DNA of 63,251 bases, counting the filler, from Octopus bimaculoides (Eukaryota), in the NCBI RefSeq assembly GCF_001194135.2. It is 6 parts of 5 records of this genome, joined end to end, with 100 filler letters (N's around TTAATTAATTAA, not from the genome) between each part and the next. Parts side by side here need not be neighbours in the genome. Positions count along the whole stretch, not along the records: positions 43,784 to 54,796 come from NC_069009.1; positions 54,897 to 56,707 come from NC_068996.1; positions 56,808 to 59,794 come from NC_068981.1; positions 59,895 to 63,251 come from NC_068987.1; 2 more parts are not named here. The stretch is one strand, 5' to 3'. Position numbers and translations under genes: made by a program. The notes below the pieces were generated by a model. It was not told the origin of the DNA and ran no database searches. It saw only the letters and a program-made list of their open reading frames with translations. Positions 52,067 to 63,178 of this stretch are shown here, piece after piece. Position 1 is the stretch's first letter; every line of letters starts with the position of its first letter.

Positions 52067-52860
52067 TGAAATGAAACTTTTTTTAATCATCAGAGTTGCT
52101 GATTGACTTTTCTGGGTTAATTTTTGATGCTGATTACGAATCTGAAGTCCGGTTTCCTCTATCAGGTCACATTTTCATGTTAATGATACATAAAGCATGT
52201 CTATATAAAGTCTATTGAATACAAGATACGATAATTTCATTGCTTTTTATTGTATAAAATTAAAATTATTGTGTACAAATAAGTTACAGTACACTCAAAT
52301 GCATAACAACTTAAAATCTTTGGGATTTGGACTTTCTATGGTGTTTTGTCTCAGGTTCATCCCTGTATAACATCCAACAGTAGTCAGCTAACATTCCTGC
52401 ATTACAAAATACTTGATATCATTGTTCCATAGATGCAATATCTTGATGAAAGCGTTCCCCTTGCTCATCAGACACTGCTCCAAGGTTCTCTGCAAAAAAG
52501 TCCAGATGTGAATCAAGGAAATGGACTTTTAGTGACATCCGACAGCCCATTGCAGCGTAGGAGTCTAGAAGACATTTCACTNNNNNNNNNNTATCTTGAT
52601 GAAAGCGTTCCCCTTGCTCATCAGACACTGCTCCAAGGTTCTCTGCAAAAAAGTCCAGATGTGAATCAAGGAAATGGACTTTTAGTGACATCCGACAGCC
52701 CATTGCAGCGTAGGAGTCTAGAAGACATTTCACTCCATTTCTGAACTCTCGAGATCTCCTGTTCCCTAAGAAATTTTCACAGAGCCATTTGAAGGATTCC
52801 CAAGCTTTAAACTCAGTTTGCTTGTTGTTAACACAATGTTTCGGCTGAGGATGAGAGGAT
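52067..52860 (-). mobile_element. DNA transposon 3' part, Chapaev3-like transposase C-terminus
   Basis: AWESFKWLCENFLGN..MGCRMSLKVHFLDSHLDFFAENLGAVSDEQGERFHQDIASME. The family assignment is from motif recall. Confidence 0.7.
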
Positions 52861-52869
52861 GAGGCAAAT

Positions 52870-53363
52870 AAACTATCCACAGTCTATCTTCCCTATGTGA
52901 AAGGCCTCTCTGAAAAGATACAAAAGATATGCGGCCCATATGACATCAGGACAGTATTCAAGAGTAATACAACACTTTGCAAATATCTCCTTCGAGTAAA
53001 ACCGCCAATAGAGGAGAATATGACGAAGAATTACATGTACTCCATCCCATTCTGCTGTGGTAGGTTATACAAAGGCGAAGCATGCCAGTCCTCAAAATAA
53101 GGGTAGAGGAACATCGCAAAGCTGTGACACGAGGAGATATTGATAAATCGGGTATAGCTGATCATGTATGGAAAAATGGAGACCACTTCCCCCTGTGGGA
53201 TGAAGTTAAAATAATAGACAGAGAACACCACTGGAGAATACGAAAACTAAAAGAAGCAGCACATATGCTAGGACACAACAACCTCCTAAGCAGACCGAGT
53301 GCAGATATGAATAGCATATGGGAACCAGTATTAAGGAAGGATAGGAAAATATTAGATTTATAA
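52870..53363 (+). mobile_element. Penelope/Poseidon-type PLE, 5'-truncated GIY-YIG endonuclease region
   Basis: LPYVKGLSEKIQKI..YSIPFCCGRLYKGE..RVEEHRKA..SGIADHVW..WDEVKIIDREHHWRIRKLKEAAH. Confidence 0.9.
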
Positions 53364-53392
53364 GCCCTAAAATTCACTCCATAATTGCCCAC

Positions 53393-53635
53393 AGGCATAT
53401 GGCTTAGTGGTTAATAGCATGGGCTACTAACCCCAAGATTCCGAGTTCGATTCCAGGCAGTGACCTGAACAATAACAATAATAATAATAATAATAATAAT
53501 AACATTGAAAAATACCTTAGGAATGAGAACTCAGGTTTGAAATTTCCCCAAGACACCTGAAGAAGGCTGGAGGGTATATCAGCCGAATGTGTTAACAACA
53601 AACAAGATGAGGACAAATATCCATCGAATGTAATT
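53393..53635 (+). mobile_element. PLE 3' terminal-repeat-like segment: tRNA-like A/B boxes, (AAT)n and a hammerhead-like motif
   Basis: A box TGGCTTAGTGG (53400-53410), B box GAGTTCGATTCC (53443-53454), and GACAC-CTGAAGA-A-GGCTGG-AGGGTATA-TCAGCC-GAAT-GTGTT (53552-53593). Confidence 0.7.
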
Positions 53636-53664
53636 AAGGATTATGTTATATACTAAGATGAGGT

Positions 53665-53810
53665 GAAATTCTGCCATGGTTGACTTTGCCTTTCATCCTT
53701 TTGGGGTCAATGAAGTAAGTACCAATTGAACATGGCGGTCAGTGTAATCGATTTAACACCTCCTGTGAATTTGCTGGCTTTGTGCCAAACTTTGAAACCT
53801 ATATTAAATA
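53665..53810 (+). mobile_element. SINE family B, tail type ii, degenerate
   Basis: TTGACTTTGCCTTTCATCCTTTTGGGGTC core and GTGCCAAACTTTGAAACC tail. Confidence 0.75.
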
Positions 53811-54309
53811 CTAGGATTATGTCTTCAATGTCCTTCCATAGTTTCCATCTTCAAAATTCATTCACCAATCAAAGCTTTTGTAGAAGACACTCGACCGAGT
53901 TGTTGCACTCTGGGACTGAACTTGGAGCGACATGGTTGAGAAGAGAGTATCTTAACCACACCACTAAAGCTGCACCCAAATATTTTGTACAAATTAAAAA
54001 AAAAATATATGTGCAGGTGATGGGGGTTGTAGGGGGGGGGGCAATATATTCCAATGAAATTCAAGGATTATTTGATTAGAAATCTTTGTTCCATGAAGAA
54101 CATGCTCCCTCCCTCCACCTCACCCATCTCCCAGCTGTTCTAGTTCCTCCTCATACCGTTACCACCACCACCACCACCTTCACCAGTGCAGTCCCAGTCT
54201 GTGTTTTGTGCAAGGCTGCCGATATGGGTCGTGGGGCTGAAGGTGGGAGCATGCACAAACTGTCAGCTGTTTGCCATTCCTCTTCCAACTTTTCTTTTGA
54301 TTATTGTTG

Positions 54310-54665
54310 TTGTTGTTGTTCTTCTTCTTCTTCTTCCAATTCCTCTTCTTCTTCTTCTTTTTCTTCTTCTTCTTCTTTTTCTTCTTCTTCTTCTTTTTCT
54401 TCTTCTTCTTCTTCTTCTTATTCTTCCAATTCTTCTTCTTCCAATTCTTCTTCTTCTTCTTCTTCTTTTTCGTCTTCTTCTTCTTTTTCGTCTTCTTCTT
54501 ATTCTTCTTCTTCCAATTCTTCTTCTTCCAATTCTTCTTCTTCTTTTTCGTCTTCTTCTTTTTCGTCTTCTTCTTTTTCGTCTTCTTCTTCTTCTTCTTC
54601 TTCTTCTTCTTCTTCTTTGTCTTCTTCTTCTTCTTCTTCTTCTTCTTCCAATTCTTCTTCTTCGT
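54310..54665. repeat. Long modular (TCT)n tract with TCCAAT and TTTTCG interruptions
   Basis: Seen directly. It causes the poly-S/L/F/R/E ORFs in the track. Confidence 0.95.
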
Positions 54666-54896
54666 GCTTCAACGAATTCCAAGACATTGAGACATGCATT
54701 ATTTTTCTCTTTTATTTTCTTTTTGTTTTTCTTGTTATTGTATAAGAGCAGGAGTGCATTAGGATGGAGTGGGGGGGGAGGTCAGACAGCTTTGACNNNN
54801 NNNNNNNNNNNNNNNNNNNNNNNNNNNNNNNNNNNNNNNNTTAATTAATTAANNNNNNNNNNNNNNNNNNNNNNNNNNNNNNNNNNNNNNNNNNNN

Positions 54897-56250
54897 TCTT
54901 GCCAAGAAGGCTTTTTGTGGGTGTGTTGTCGTTTTCCAATCTTTTCACCACATAGAACCGTTGAGATTTTTGCGGATGCATAGTACAGGTGGTTGAGATC
55001 TGTAATATCAACATCATTAGCTGAGATTATATCCTTAAGTGCAAGGCGGATTTAACCAATTATTTTCAGGTTTTGGTTAGAATTGCGAATTTGTGGGAGA
55101 GTGTCGCGTTCATTCATACTGGTTTCTTTAATTTTCAGCCATTCAATCATGATATGATTTTTTTAGATCATGTAGTTCTGTTGCGTCGATTTCTGTATGA
55201 CTTTCTTCATCTATTTGATTTTCACCTGCCTTAGTGTTTATGGTTGGTTCAGAGAGTATTTCACTTTGCCTATCAGTTACCTTAACTCTTTCAATCATTA
55301 CTGTATTTTCATCAGCCTTGGGCTGGTTTATAATTATTTCCTCTGTAGTATCTTCCTTAGCTGCAGTTTCATTCTTTTTATCCTTTACTGCTTGTTTAAT
55401 TTGCTCAATCTCTACTTCAGTTAGTAATTTGTTTTTCATAATGTTTCTTCTGACGTTGGCAAGTTTGTTACTGTCTATGTAGGGTCTTACTTCAAGGTGT
55501 TTCTGTGTCCAGTTTAAGTAGGTTTGTACAGTATTCAATTTATTTGTGGGGAAATATATGGCATGGTAGAAGGCCGTAAGAACGTCTTTATTATCTTCCC
55601 TAGACCATTTTTCATTCTTTTTCTTTTGGTTGTTTGGTGATGAGCATGGATGACCATCTGTTGGAATATTCCGGTTGTGGGGTACTTCCAGCTCCTGTGT
55701 GTCGGGAAGATTTGAACCAGTAGCAGACTTCTCGTCTCGAATATCTGGTTCATCATTCGAGTACGTGGTCCTTTATAATGCGGTCGATGACCATTTCGGT
55801 TTGTATTTTGTTTTGTTAACAATGAGGCATAACAAGCTTCGACGTTGACGCTAGGGGACGGATCTGTCTGTTTAGGGTAAATTTTTTGAGACAACACCGT
55901 CTCCGAGCTCTCGTGACGTAGCTTCTTAAGGCTAGCAGATCTATATCGAGTACGTGGCCCTTTGTGATTCTGTCGACGACCAATCTGGTTTGTAATCTGC
56001 TTTGCTATCATTGAGGCATGACGAGCTTTGGCGTTGACATTAGGGGACGAATTTGTCTCTTTAGGGTCGATTTTTTGAGACAACACCGCCACCGAGTTCT
56101 CAGCATGTAAACATTGCTCGTAGCGTAGTTTTTTAAGGCTAGCAGATCGGTATTCGTCTGTATTTTTTTTGTTGATAGATTTATCTCCGGGCATAGTGTA
56201 TTTTTTTTGTGGCATTTTAAACTTATGAATGGTTCACTCTGTCTGTGTTT
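54897..56250 (-). mobile_element. 5' part of an R4/Dong-type LINE ORF, disrupted; runs into a gap
   Basis: EKWSREDNKDVLTAFYHA..TYLNWTQKHLEVRPYIDSNKLANVRRNIMKNKLLTEVEIEQIK resembles the conserved N-terminal block of this clade. Confidence 0.7.
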
Positions 56251-56807
56251 GTTCACAAAATGAAAATAAATAAAGAAGAATAAAAAAGAGTTTTGTTTTT
56301 GCTTCGTTTGTGACACTTGTTGTCGTATGCGTGAGTGTGTCCTGTGAATTTCACGTAGTTGTGTAAACATTAAGATGCATGTGTAATTCTATGGGTATCA
56401 AAACGTATATATCATTGTGTACACGTTCGAGTGTATGCGTAATTATTCATTATTTGTACTTACTATTTTGTTCCATTTCTTTTTTATAGTTTGTAAACTT
56501 TCCGGTGTTGATTTTGCGTGTGTGATCGCACGTGTTTCACTGAGACATCGTGCATAGGAGAACCTGTGCTTTGTATGGCAGTAAAATTTCATTTTTTTGA
56601 AATTATCTTCGTTAAAAGACCGCTTCCTTCAAATCTTCCACCGGTTCTTTTGCCTAATTCCATCGATGTTATTGGATTAGATTTGTTTTTTAATAGGGAG
56701 CCCGTTGNNNNNNNNNNNNNNNNNNNNNNNNNNNNNNNNNNNNNNNNNNNNTTAATTAATTAANNNNNNNNNNNNNNNNNNNNNNNNNNNNNNNNNNNNN
56801 NNNNNNN

Positions 56808-57090
56808 GAGGTAACTCGAATGTGGAATCTAAAAACAGAAACAATTCCTATCATAGTAGGTGCCTTAGGTATAATAAAAAAATCTTCAGAAAAATACATA
56901 ACAAAAACACCAGGACTTACAAATATATATAACATACAGAAAATTGCACTACTGGGCACTGCACACATCCTACGCAAAACACTTTCAATACAGTAAACAT
57001 AAGAGCACCACAGCAAACCACAGCACATACCCAAGGCACACAGAGCTGCGCTCGGTAGTGAAGTGAAAGCACGTTATAAAAATAAAACTA

Positions 57091-57130
<40 letters not shown>

Positions 57131-57131
57131 T
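56808..57131 (+). mobile_element. 3' end of an R4/Dong-type LINE with 3' UTR and (AAT)n tail
   Basis: EVTRMWNLKTETIPIIVGALG..IQKIALLGTAHILRKTLSIQ*, then about 100 nt, then (AAT)n. Confidence 0.9.
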
Positions 57132-57133
57132 AA

Positions 57134-59680
57134 GAGTGGTATGACAATAGTAGGATGTTGGTGGAATTACCTTAAATGGTCAAGTGACCTAAAAGCGACC
57201 TGTTGTGGTTGTAATAGTAGCGGTTGGAATTGTTCTGAATAAATTCAAGGGTAGTGAGTGTTCTGAATATATTGTCTTTAATATTTGCGTGTGTATTATT
57301 CTAAGGCCATTGTAGCAGTGTCATTTGTGGTGGATGCATTCAAAGGGGTTTTATATTTTGTGATAAAATATGACTCTTTGCTAATGCGCTGATTATAGGT
57401 TGCATCGGCCCTGAATCTATGGAGAGGAATAATTCTAAAGTTGGGTTGTTCCTTAATGGCGCAAATGTCGATGTGTTCGCTGGATGCTATTTTATTTATG
57501 TATTCCTGAATTTTGATCTGGGATCTATGTAGAGTCATCCTTTGATGTAGACTGTTTCTGGTTTGGCCTATGTATTGCTCTCGACACCCTGAGCAAATCA
57601 ATACATATATTAAATGTTCCGAAGTACATGTGAAGTTGTTTTTCACTGTAAAACGTTGACCCTATTTGAAAGAGAACTCCGATCCCTCAATTAGGTTGAC
57701 GCATATACCACAGTTAGGTCTTCCACATTTTTTTTTACTGATGGCTTCAGTGTTGTCGAATGTACTTGGGACTGTGTTAGGTGACTTTTCATAGATTTGG
57801 GTTGTCTTTTGATAGTGAGCTCTTTATGATAGTGAGCGTTTGGAAGGTTAAATTCATTATGTGGTCCCTTTTTAGTAGGGGGATGTTCTGGAGGATGATG
57901 TCAAAGGCTTCATTGTTAAGGGGGTTGTGTGCAGAGATGTATGGTAGGGCTTTTGGTTGTAAATCCTTCATTAGTTTGGGATGTTTGAGTTCGTGGCTGC
58001 TGAGTTGCAGGGCACGTTGAAAGCCTATATCAATTAATGATGGTGGGTAGTTCCTGGTAATGAGTGTATCCTTTAGTTCCTGGTATCTGTATTAGAAATT
58101 ATAATACAAATCCTTTTTGCTATGTTGAAAGGGATATTCATTCCAGTGTGTCTGGGATGAGTTGAACGGTAGATATTGCTTAGGGTCCATGGGTTTATAG
58201 TATATATCTGTTTCTGTTTTGTTGTTGGATTTCTTAATGAGGATGTCGAGGAATGGAAGTTGTTGATGGCTATATTCCATCGTAAATTGAATGTTTATGT
58301 CAAGTCCATTTATAAGTGCTTGAAATTCTTTAAGTCTCTCTATACTTCCATGCCAAAGAATGAAACAGCCATCCAGATACCTCTTCCAGTTATTTTCTAT
58401 GTAGAGGGAAAATGGGTTGCCGTATTTTTCTAGTACCTTTCGATAAAGACTGATTTCTAGATATCTCACGACTAGGTTAACAAAGGAGCGGGGTGGGGCA
58501 TTCTCGTACCCATAGCAGTCCCCGATTTTTGTCGATAGAAGTTGTCTTTGAAGACAAAGAAGTTATTCTCCAAGATGAATTTTAGCCCTTCTATTACGAA
58601 TTCTTTTTTTGATGCGATGTGGGAGTTCATTGGAATAATTCTCCAGCCAAATTGAATTACCTCTATTCCTAGGCCGTGGGGAATATTAGAATAGAGGTTG
58701 ACTACATCGAAGGATACTAGTAGGGTGTTTTTGTTTATAGTTTTAGGGGGGTGATTGAGCATATCTAGGTCGTCCTTTATCTAGCTTTTGATATACTTGA
58801 GAAATGGTTTTAAGAGGGTATCTAAAAAGTTACTGAGGTGGTGGGTTTCGCATGCAGGACCTGCTATTATAGGTCTTAATTTGAGGTCATTAGGAGTAGG
58901 GACCTTCATTATTATGTCTGTGGCTATCCTGCACGTGTTACTAATTTACTCACTTTTGTGTATCTTAGGAATACCGTAGAATTGATTGGATTTACTTTTG
59001 AAGTTAGTCATATAATCGTATTCCTTATCGGTGAGCCCTTCTCCGTTTTTAGGTTTCTCATTATTTTCTGCTGACTGTAGTATTGGACCTTTTCATAATA
59101 TGTTGTGTCTTCTAATATGGATAGTACTAGAGTTATATAGTATACCGTGTCCATTAAGGCAATTGTACTTCCATTATCAGCTTCTTTGATTGTTATTAGC
59201 TTATCGTCTTTTAATTTGTTCAGCTTAACCCATTCTTTATTGCTGAAGTTTGGTTTGTGTTTTTGTTTGCGTATATGTTGACATGGGTAATCCGTGATGT
59301 ATTCACAGAAATGATCAAGAATTTTGTTCTTACCTTTTGAAGGGGTGTAGTTACTTCTATTTCGGACTAACGATTCGTCCTCGTATTTGTCGTATAGTTC
59401 CTCAGCCAGTCGTAATTTTCTACAGAATCCCGCAACGTTTTCTTTAATTTCGTTGTAGTTGGGGCGTTGGGATGGGGTGTAAACTCGAGCCCCTTGGAGA
59501 GTATGTTGATTTGGTTTGCTGCTAGTTCTTTGTGAGTGAGATTGATGATTTTTATCACTTTTGGTGCCTCCTGTCTGTCTGGTGTTATCTCGTATTCCTG
59601 TGTTTGCGTACTGGGTCACTTTTAGTTCACTTGACCATTTAAGAGGATTCCACTAACATCCTACTACTGTCATACCACTC
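57134..59680 (-). mobile_element. Neptune-type Penelope-like element (RT, Cys-rich linker, GIY-YIG), several disruptions, 67-bp inverted termini
   Basis: LSKGLEFTP, FCRKLRL, IKEADNG, LVSFDVVNLYSNIP, YRQKSGTAMGT, LPFLDILI, CGRPNCGIC and IYVLICSGCREQYIGQT..RMTLHR. Confidence 0.92.
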
Positions 59681-59704
59681 CCGTATTTTTCTTATGCTTT
59701 CTCT

Positions 59705-59794
59705 TCTGCTTCTTCTTCTTCTTCTTCTTCTTCTTCTTCTTCTTCTTCTTCTTCTTCTTCTTCTTCTTCTTCTTCTTCTTCTTCTTCTTCTTCT
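59705..59794. repeat. (CTT)n microsatellite running into a gap
   Basis: Seen directly. Confidence 0.95.
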
Positions 59795-60021
59795 NNNNNN
59801 NNNNNNNNNNNNNNNNNNNNNNNNNNNNNNNNNNNNNNTTAATTAATTAANNNNNNNNNNNNNNNNNNNNNNNNNNNNNNNNNNNNNNNNNNNNCTGTTG
59901 CCGGACCGCTAGGGTGCTGTGGTTACGGGGCCGTAAACACACCAACACCACTTGTTAAGTGGTGGTGGGGGATAAAGACTGACACAAAGATAGACAGATA
60001 CACAGACTGATAGATAGACAC

Positions 60022-60073
<52 letters not shown>

Positions 60074-60501
60074 CTTTTAGTTTCTGTCTACCAAATCCAC
60101 TCACAATGGTCGGCTAGAAGCTATAGAAGAAGCCATTTTCCCAGGGTGATGTGCAGTGGGTCTGCATCTGAAACCACATCGTTGGTTGCAAAGCGAGAAA
60201 AGAAATATCAGAATGGTCAGAACTGCAATTCTCTTGATCATTGACTTATTGAATCAGAGCCGACTTTGGGAAGTGAATAACAACAATAATAACAGCTACA
60301 GCAACAAAAACAACAGCAGTAAAGTCTCCATGAATAATACAAACATCTCCAGAGTATCCATTTACCCCATCGGTTTCTACGATATAATAAAAAGTAAAGG
60401 ATTTCTGGTATTTATATCGATGTAAACAATGGCAGGTCTGAAGAAAGAAAAAAAAGAAAGACTTCTCCAGAGAATCTCTCAACTTTTGGACATCGACTTG
60501 A

Positions 60502-60890
60502 TATATTTTCTTTGTTGGCACTCCGTCGCTTACGACGTCGAGAGTTCCAGTTGATCCGATCAACGGAACAGCCTGCTCGTGAAATTAACGTGAAAGTGGT
60601 TGAGCACTCCACAGACACGTGTACCCTTAATGTAGTTCTCGGGGATATTCAGCGTGACACAGTGTGATAAGGCTGGCTTTGATGAAGTACAGGCACAACA
60701 GAAACAGGAAGTAAGAGAGAGTTGTGGTGAAAGAGTACAGCAGGGTTCGCCACCATCCCTTGCCGGAGCCTCGTGGAGCTTTAGGTGTTTTCGCTCAATA
60801 AACACTCACAACGCCCGGTCTGGGAATCGAAACCGCGATCCTATGACCGCGTGTCCGCTGCTCTAACCACTGGACCATTGCGCCTCCACT
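60502..60890 (-). mobile_element. SINE family C, full length
   Basis: Highly similar to 27368-27720, with about 30 extra nt in the middle. Confidence 0.9.
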
Positions 60891-61269
60891 ATATTCTCTA
60901 AGAAAGACAAAAAAATACTTTGCTGCGTTTTGAGGTTTGGAATGGATGTTTTCGGTGGTGGTTACAAAGAAAGATACAAATATCTAGTTAAATGGGAAAA
61001 ACAAATGAGAGAAAAAAAAACATAAACAACAAAATTAACGCTCCGTTTGCAGCAATCATTTGAAAACTTTGGTAATTCTGAATTATAGTATTCATGAAGA
61101 ATATCTTGAACAAGATATAAAACTAATGAAGAAATGCTACAACCAGCAAAAGCAAAAAAAAATCATTATAAATCTCAACATTTAAAAAGAAGGAATCTAA
61201 AGTTTTTTTTTGTTGTTTTTTTTTGGTCAATTAGCAAGAGCACAAGGTATATAAAGATTATTACTGAAG

Positions 61270-61440
61270 GAAAGATAAACTGGCGAACGCTTGAGAGGAA
61301 AACCTAGAACAAACTTGTTTGATAACATCCAGGACTGGATTAAACTATCATAAGGTGAACGTGTAAGAATGGCTAAGAAGAGACCTGAATGGAAATCCTT
61401 GATGATCAACCTGCTGAGAACGAATGAGACCAAATGATAA
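61270..61440 (+). mobile_element. RTE-clade LINE extreme 3' end, degenerate
   Basis: EGKINWRTLER..DNIQDWIKLS..RMAKKRPEWKSLMINL. Confidence 0.6.
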
Positions 61441-61454
61441 AGAGTATTTGTGAA

Positions 61455-61700
61455 TGTGCGTAGTGTAATGGTTATGGAGTTGGATTCACAGTTGTTACTT
61501 CGTGGGTTCGATTCTCGGACTGGGACTGAGATCGGGTGGTGCATGGGATCCTTGATCAATGCAAATCATTTCCAGATGCTTCGATTTACACGGTTAAAAT
61601 GTGTACCAACGGCAGATAGGAAGGTAGGTTTAACCTTAAGATGGATTGGCATGTATTTTAGGGGCTGAAAGTAAGTATTGTACTCACACTCGCTTAAACA
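61455..61700 (+). mobile_element. Old tRNA-derived SINE (MetaSINE-like core)
   Basis: TAGTGTAATGG A box, GGTTCGATTC B box, and TCCTTGATCAATGCA..AAAATGTGTACC. Confidence 0.5.
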
Positions 61701-62001
61701 CCATGGAAACTGAGGTAAATCCCGATCAAATAAGCATTTTTACCTTGCACAATCTTAACGTTAACTTCTAAGAGTTGTTGTATTTGTTATGAAACCCCAG
61801 CTCATCACAATAAGGCCTATGGCACTCAATCACTTTGCTGAATGACTAGGAATGCCCCGGGATTGAACCAAAAACTTTTTTATCTTCAGTATAACTTACT
61901 CCCAACTTAGATATTTCTGATTGGCCCCAGCCGAACACATCGTACCCTGTATTCTTCTCCCATGTGTGATCCTTGGTCATCGTTGACAACAACGGAATGA
62001 C

Positions 62002-62034
<33 letters not shown>

Positions 62035-62036
<2 letters not shown>

Positions 62037-62240
62037 GTTTCAAATTTTGCCACAAGACCAGCAATTTGAGGGGAGAGAATGAGTCGATTACATCGACCCC
62101 AGTGTTCAACTGGTACTTATTTTATCGACCCCCGAACGGATGATAGACAAAGTTGACTTCGGTGGCATTTGAACTCAGAACATGAAAACAGAAGCAATGC
62201 CGCTAAGCATTTGGTCCGGCGTGTTGACGATTCTGCCCTT
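62035..62240 (-). mobile_element. SINE family B, tail type ii, next to (AAT)n; CpGs retained
   Basis: Reverse-complement match. Confidence 0.85.
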
Positions 62241-62543
62241 CGCAGCGATAAAGATAATTATTCTTTAAGCTCAATAGTGACTAAAGAGTTATCAAAACAT
62301 TTAGATTTCCCTGAAGGCAACTTGTAAATATTTCATACTTTCACGCAGTAATATTCAATTTTATTGTCTCGTTTCATTTTTATTTTAAAAAGATGACAAA
62401 ATGTTAACACCTACATACGATGTGTTCAGCCATTGCGCACTCTCATAAATTAAACAAATAGTTTAGATGAACTAGAACAGTTCTGCCTAGGTTCAATGAA
62501 ACATACATACATGCATACATACATATATATATATATTATATAT

Positions 62544-62576
<33 letters not shown>

Positions 62577-62940
62577 AAATATATAAAAACAAAAAGATAA
62601 AGAGAGCAAAGGTAAGGTTGAAGAATTTTATGGATAGAGTCTTACAGCTGTCTTGCTCTCTTTATCTTTTTGTTTTTATATATTTATATATACACACGCT
62701 AATACACGACTTATAATACCCAATCCTGTTCATACAACGATTGGGGCAAACTAATCGGTATACAGCACTTACTCGGTATTACCTGTATCCTCCGAGGTTT
62801 GGTTAAATCCAATACNNNNNNNNNNNNNNNNNNNNNNNNNNNNNNNNNNNNNNNNNNNNNNNNNNNNNNNNNNNNNNNNNNNNNNNNNNNNNNNNNNNNN
62901 NNNNNNNNNNNNNNNNNNTATATATATATATAGTTCAAAT

Positions 62941-63110
62941 TTATAGAAAGACAAAAGACGAAGACAGGTGTAGGAATAACAAGCAGGTGTATTAGTTTAA
63001 CGCACGGGAAAAATGGAAAAGTCTTTTACGTTTCGAGCCTACGCTTTTCGACAGAAAGAAATAAGAGGGACAAAATAGAGAGAGAATGAAAAGAAAAATG
63101 GAGAGATATA
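62941..63110 (-). mobile_element. Penelope-type terminal-repeat-like element with a minimal type I hammerhead motif (63023-63059)
   Basis: Minus strand reads TCTTT-CTGTCGA-A-AAGC-GTAG-GCTC-GAAA-C-GTA-AAAGA. Confidence 0.7.
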
Positions 63111-63178
63111 CATACATGCATGCATGCATACATACATACATACATACATACCTACATACTTATATACACAAACATATG

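Noticed and set aside
52438-52735. Exact 140-bp direct repeat within the Chapaev-type ORF
   Set aside because: The two copies flank a 10-N gap and are identical, so this is an unmerged contig overlap.
53393-53465. tRNA gene candidates here and at SINE heads (27650-27720, 60820-60890, 61455-61530)
   Set aside because: A and B boxes are present but there is no complete cloverleaf, and each continues into a repeat body.
54086-54848. Poly-Ser/Leu/Phe/Arg/Glu ORFs, also at 47089-47507 and 50769-51209
   Set aside because: Translations of TTC/GAA repeats with no splice or domain support.
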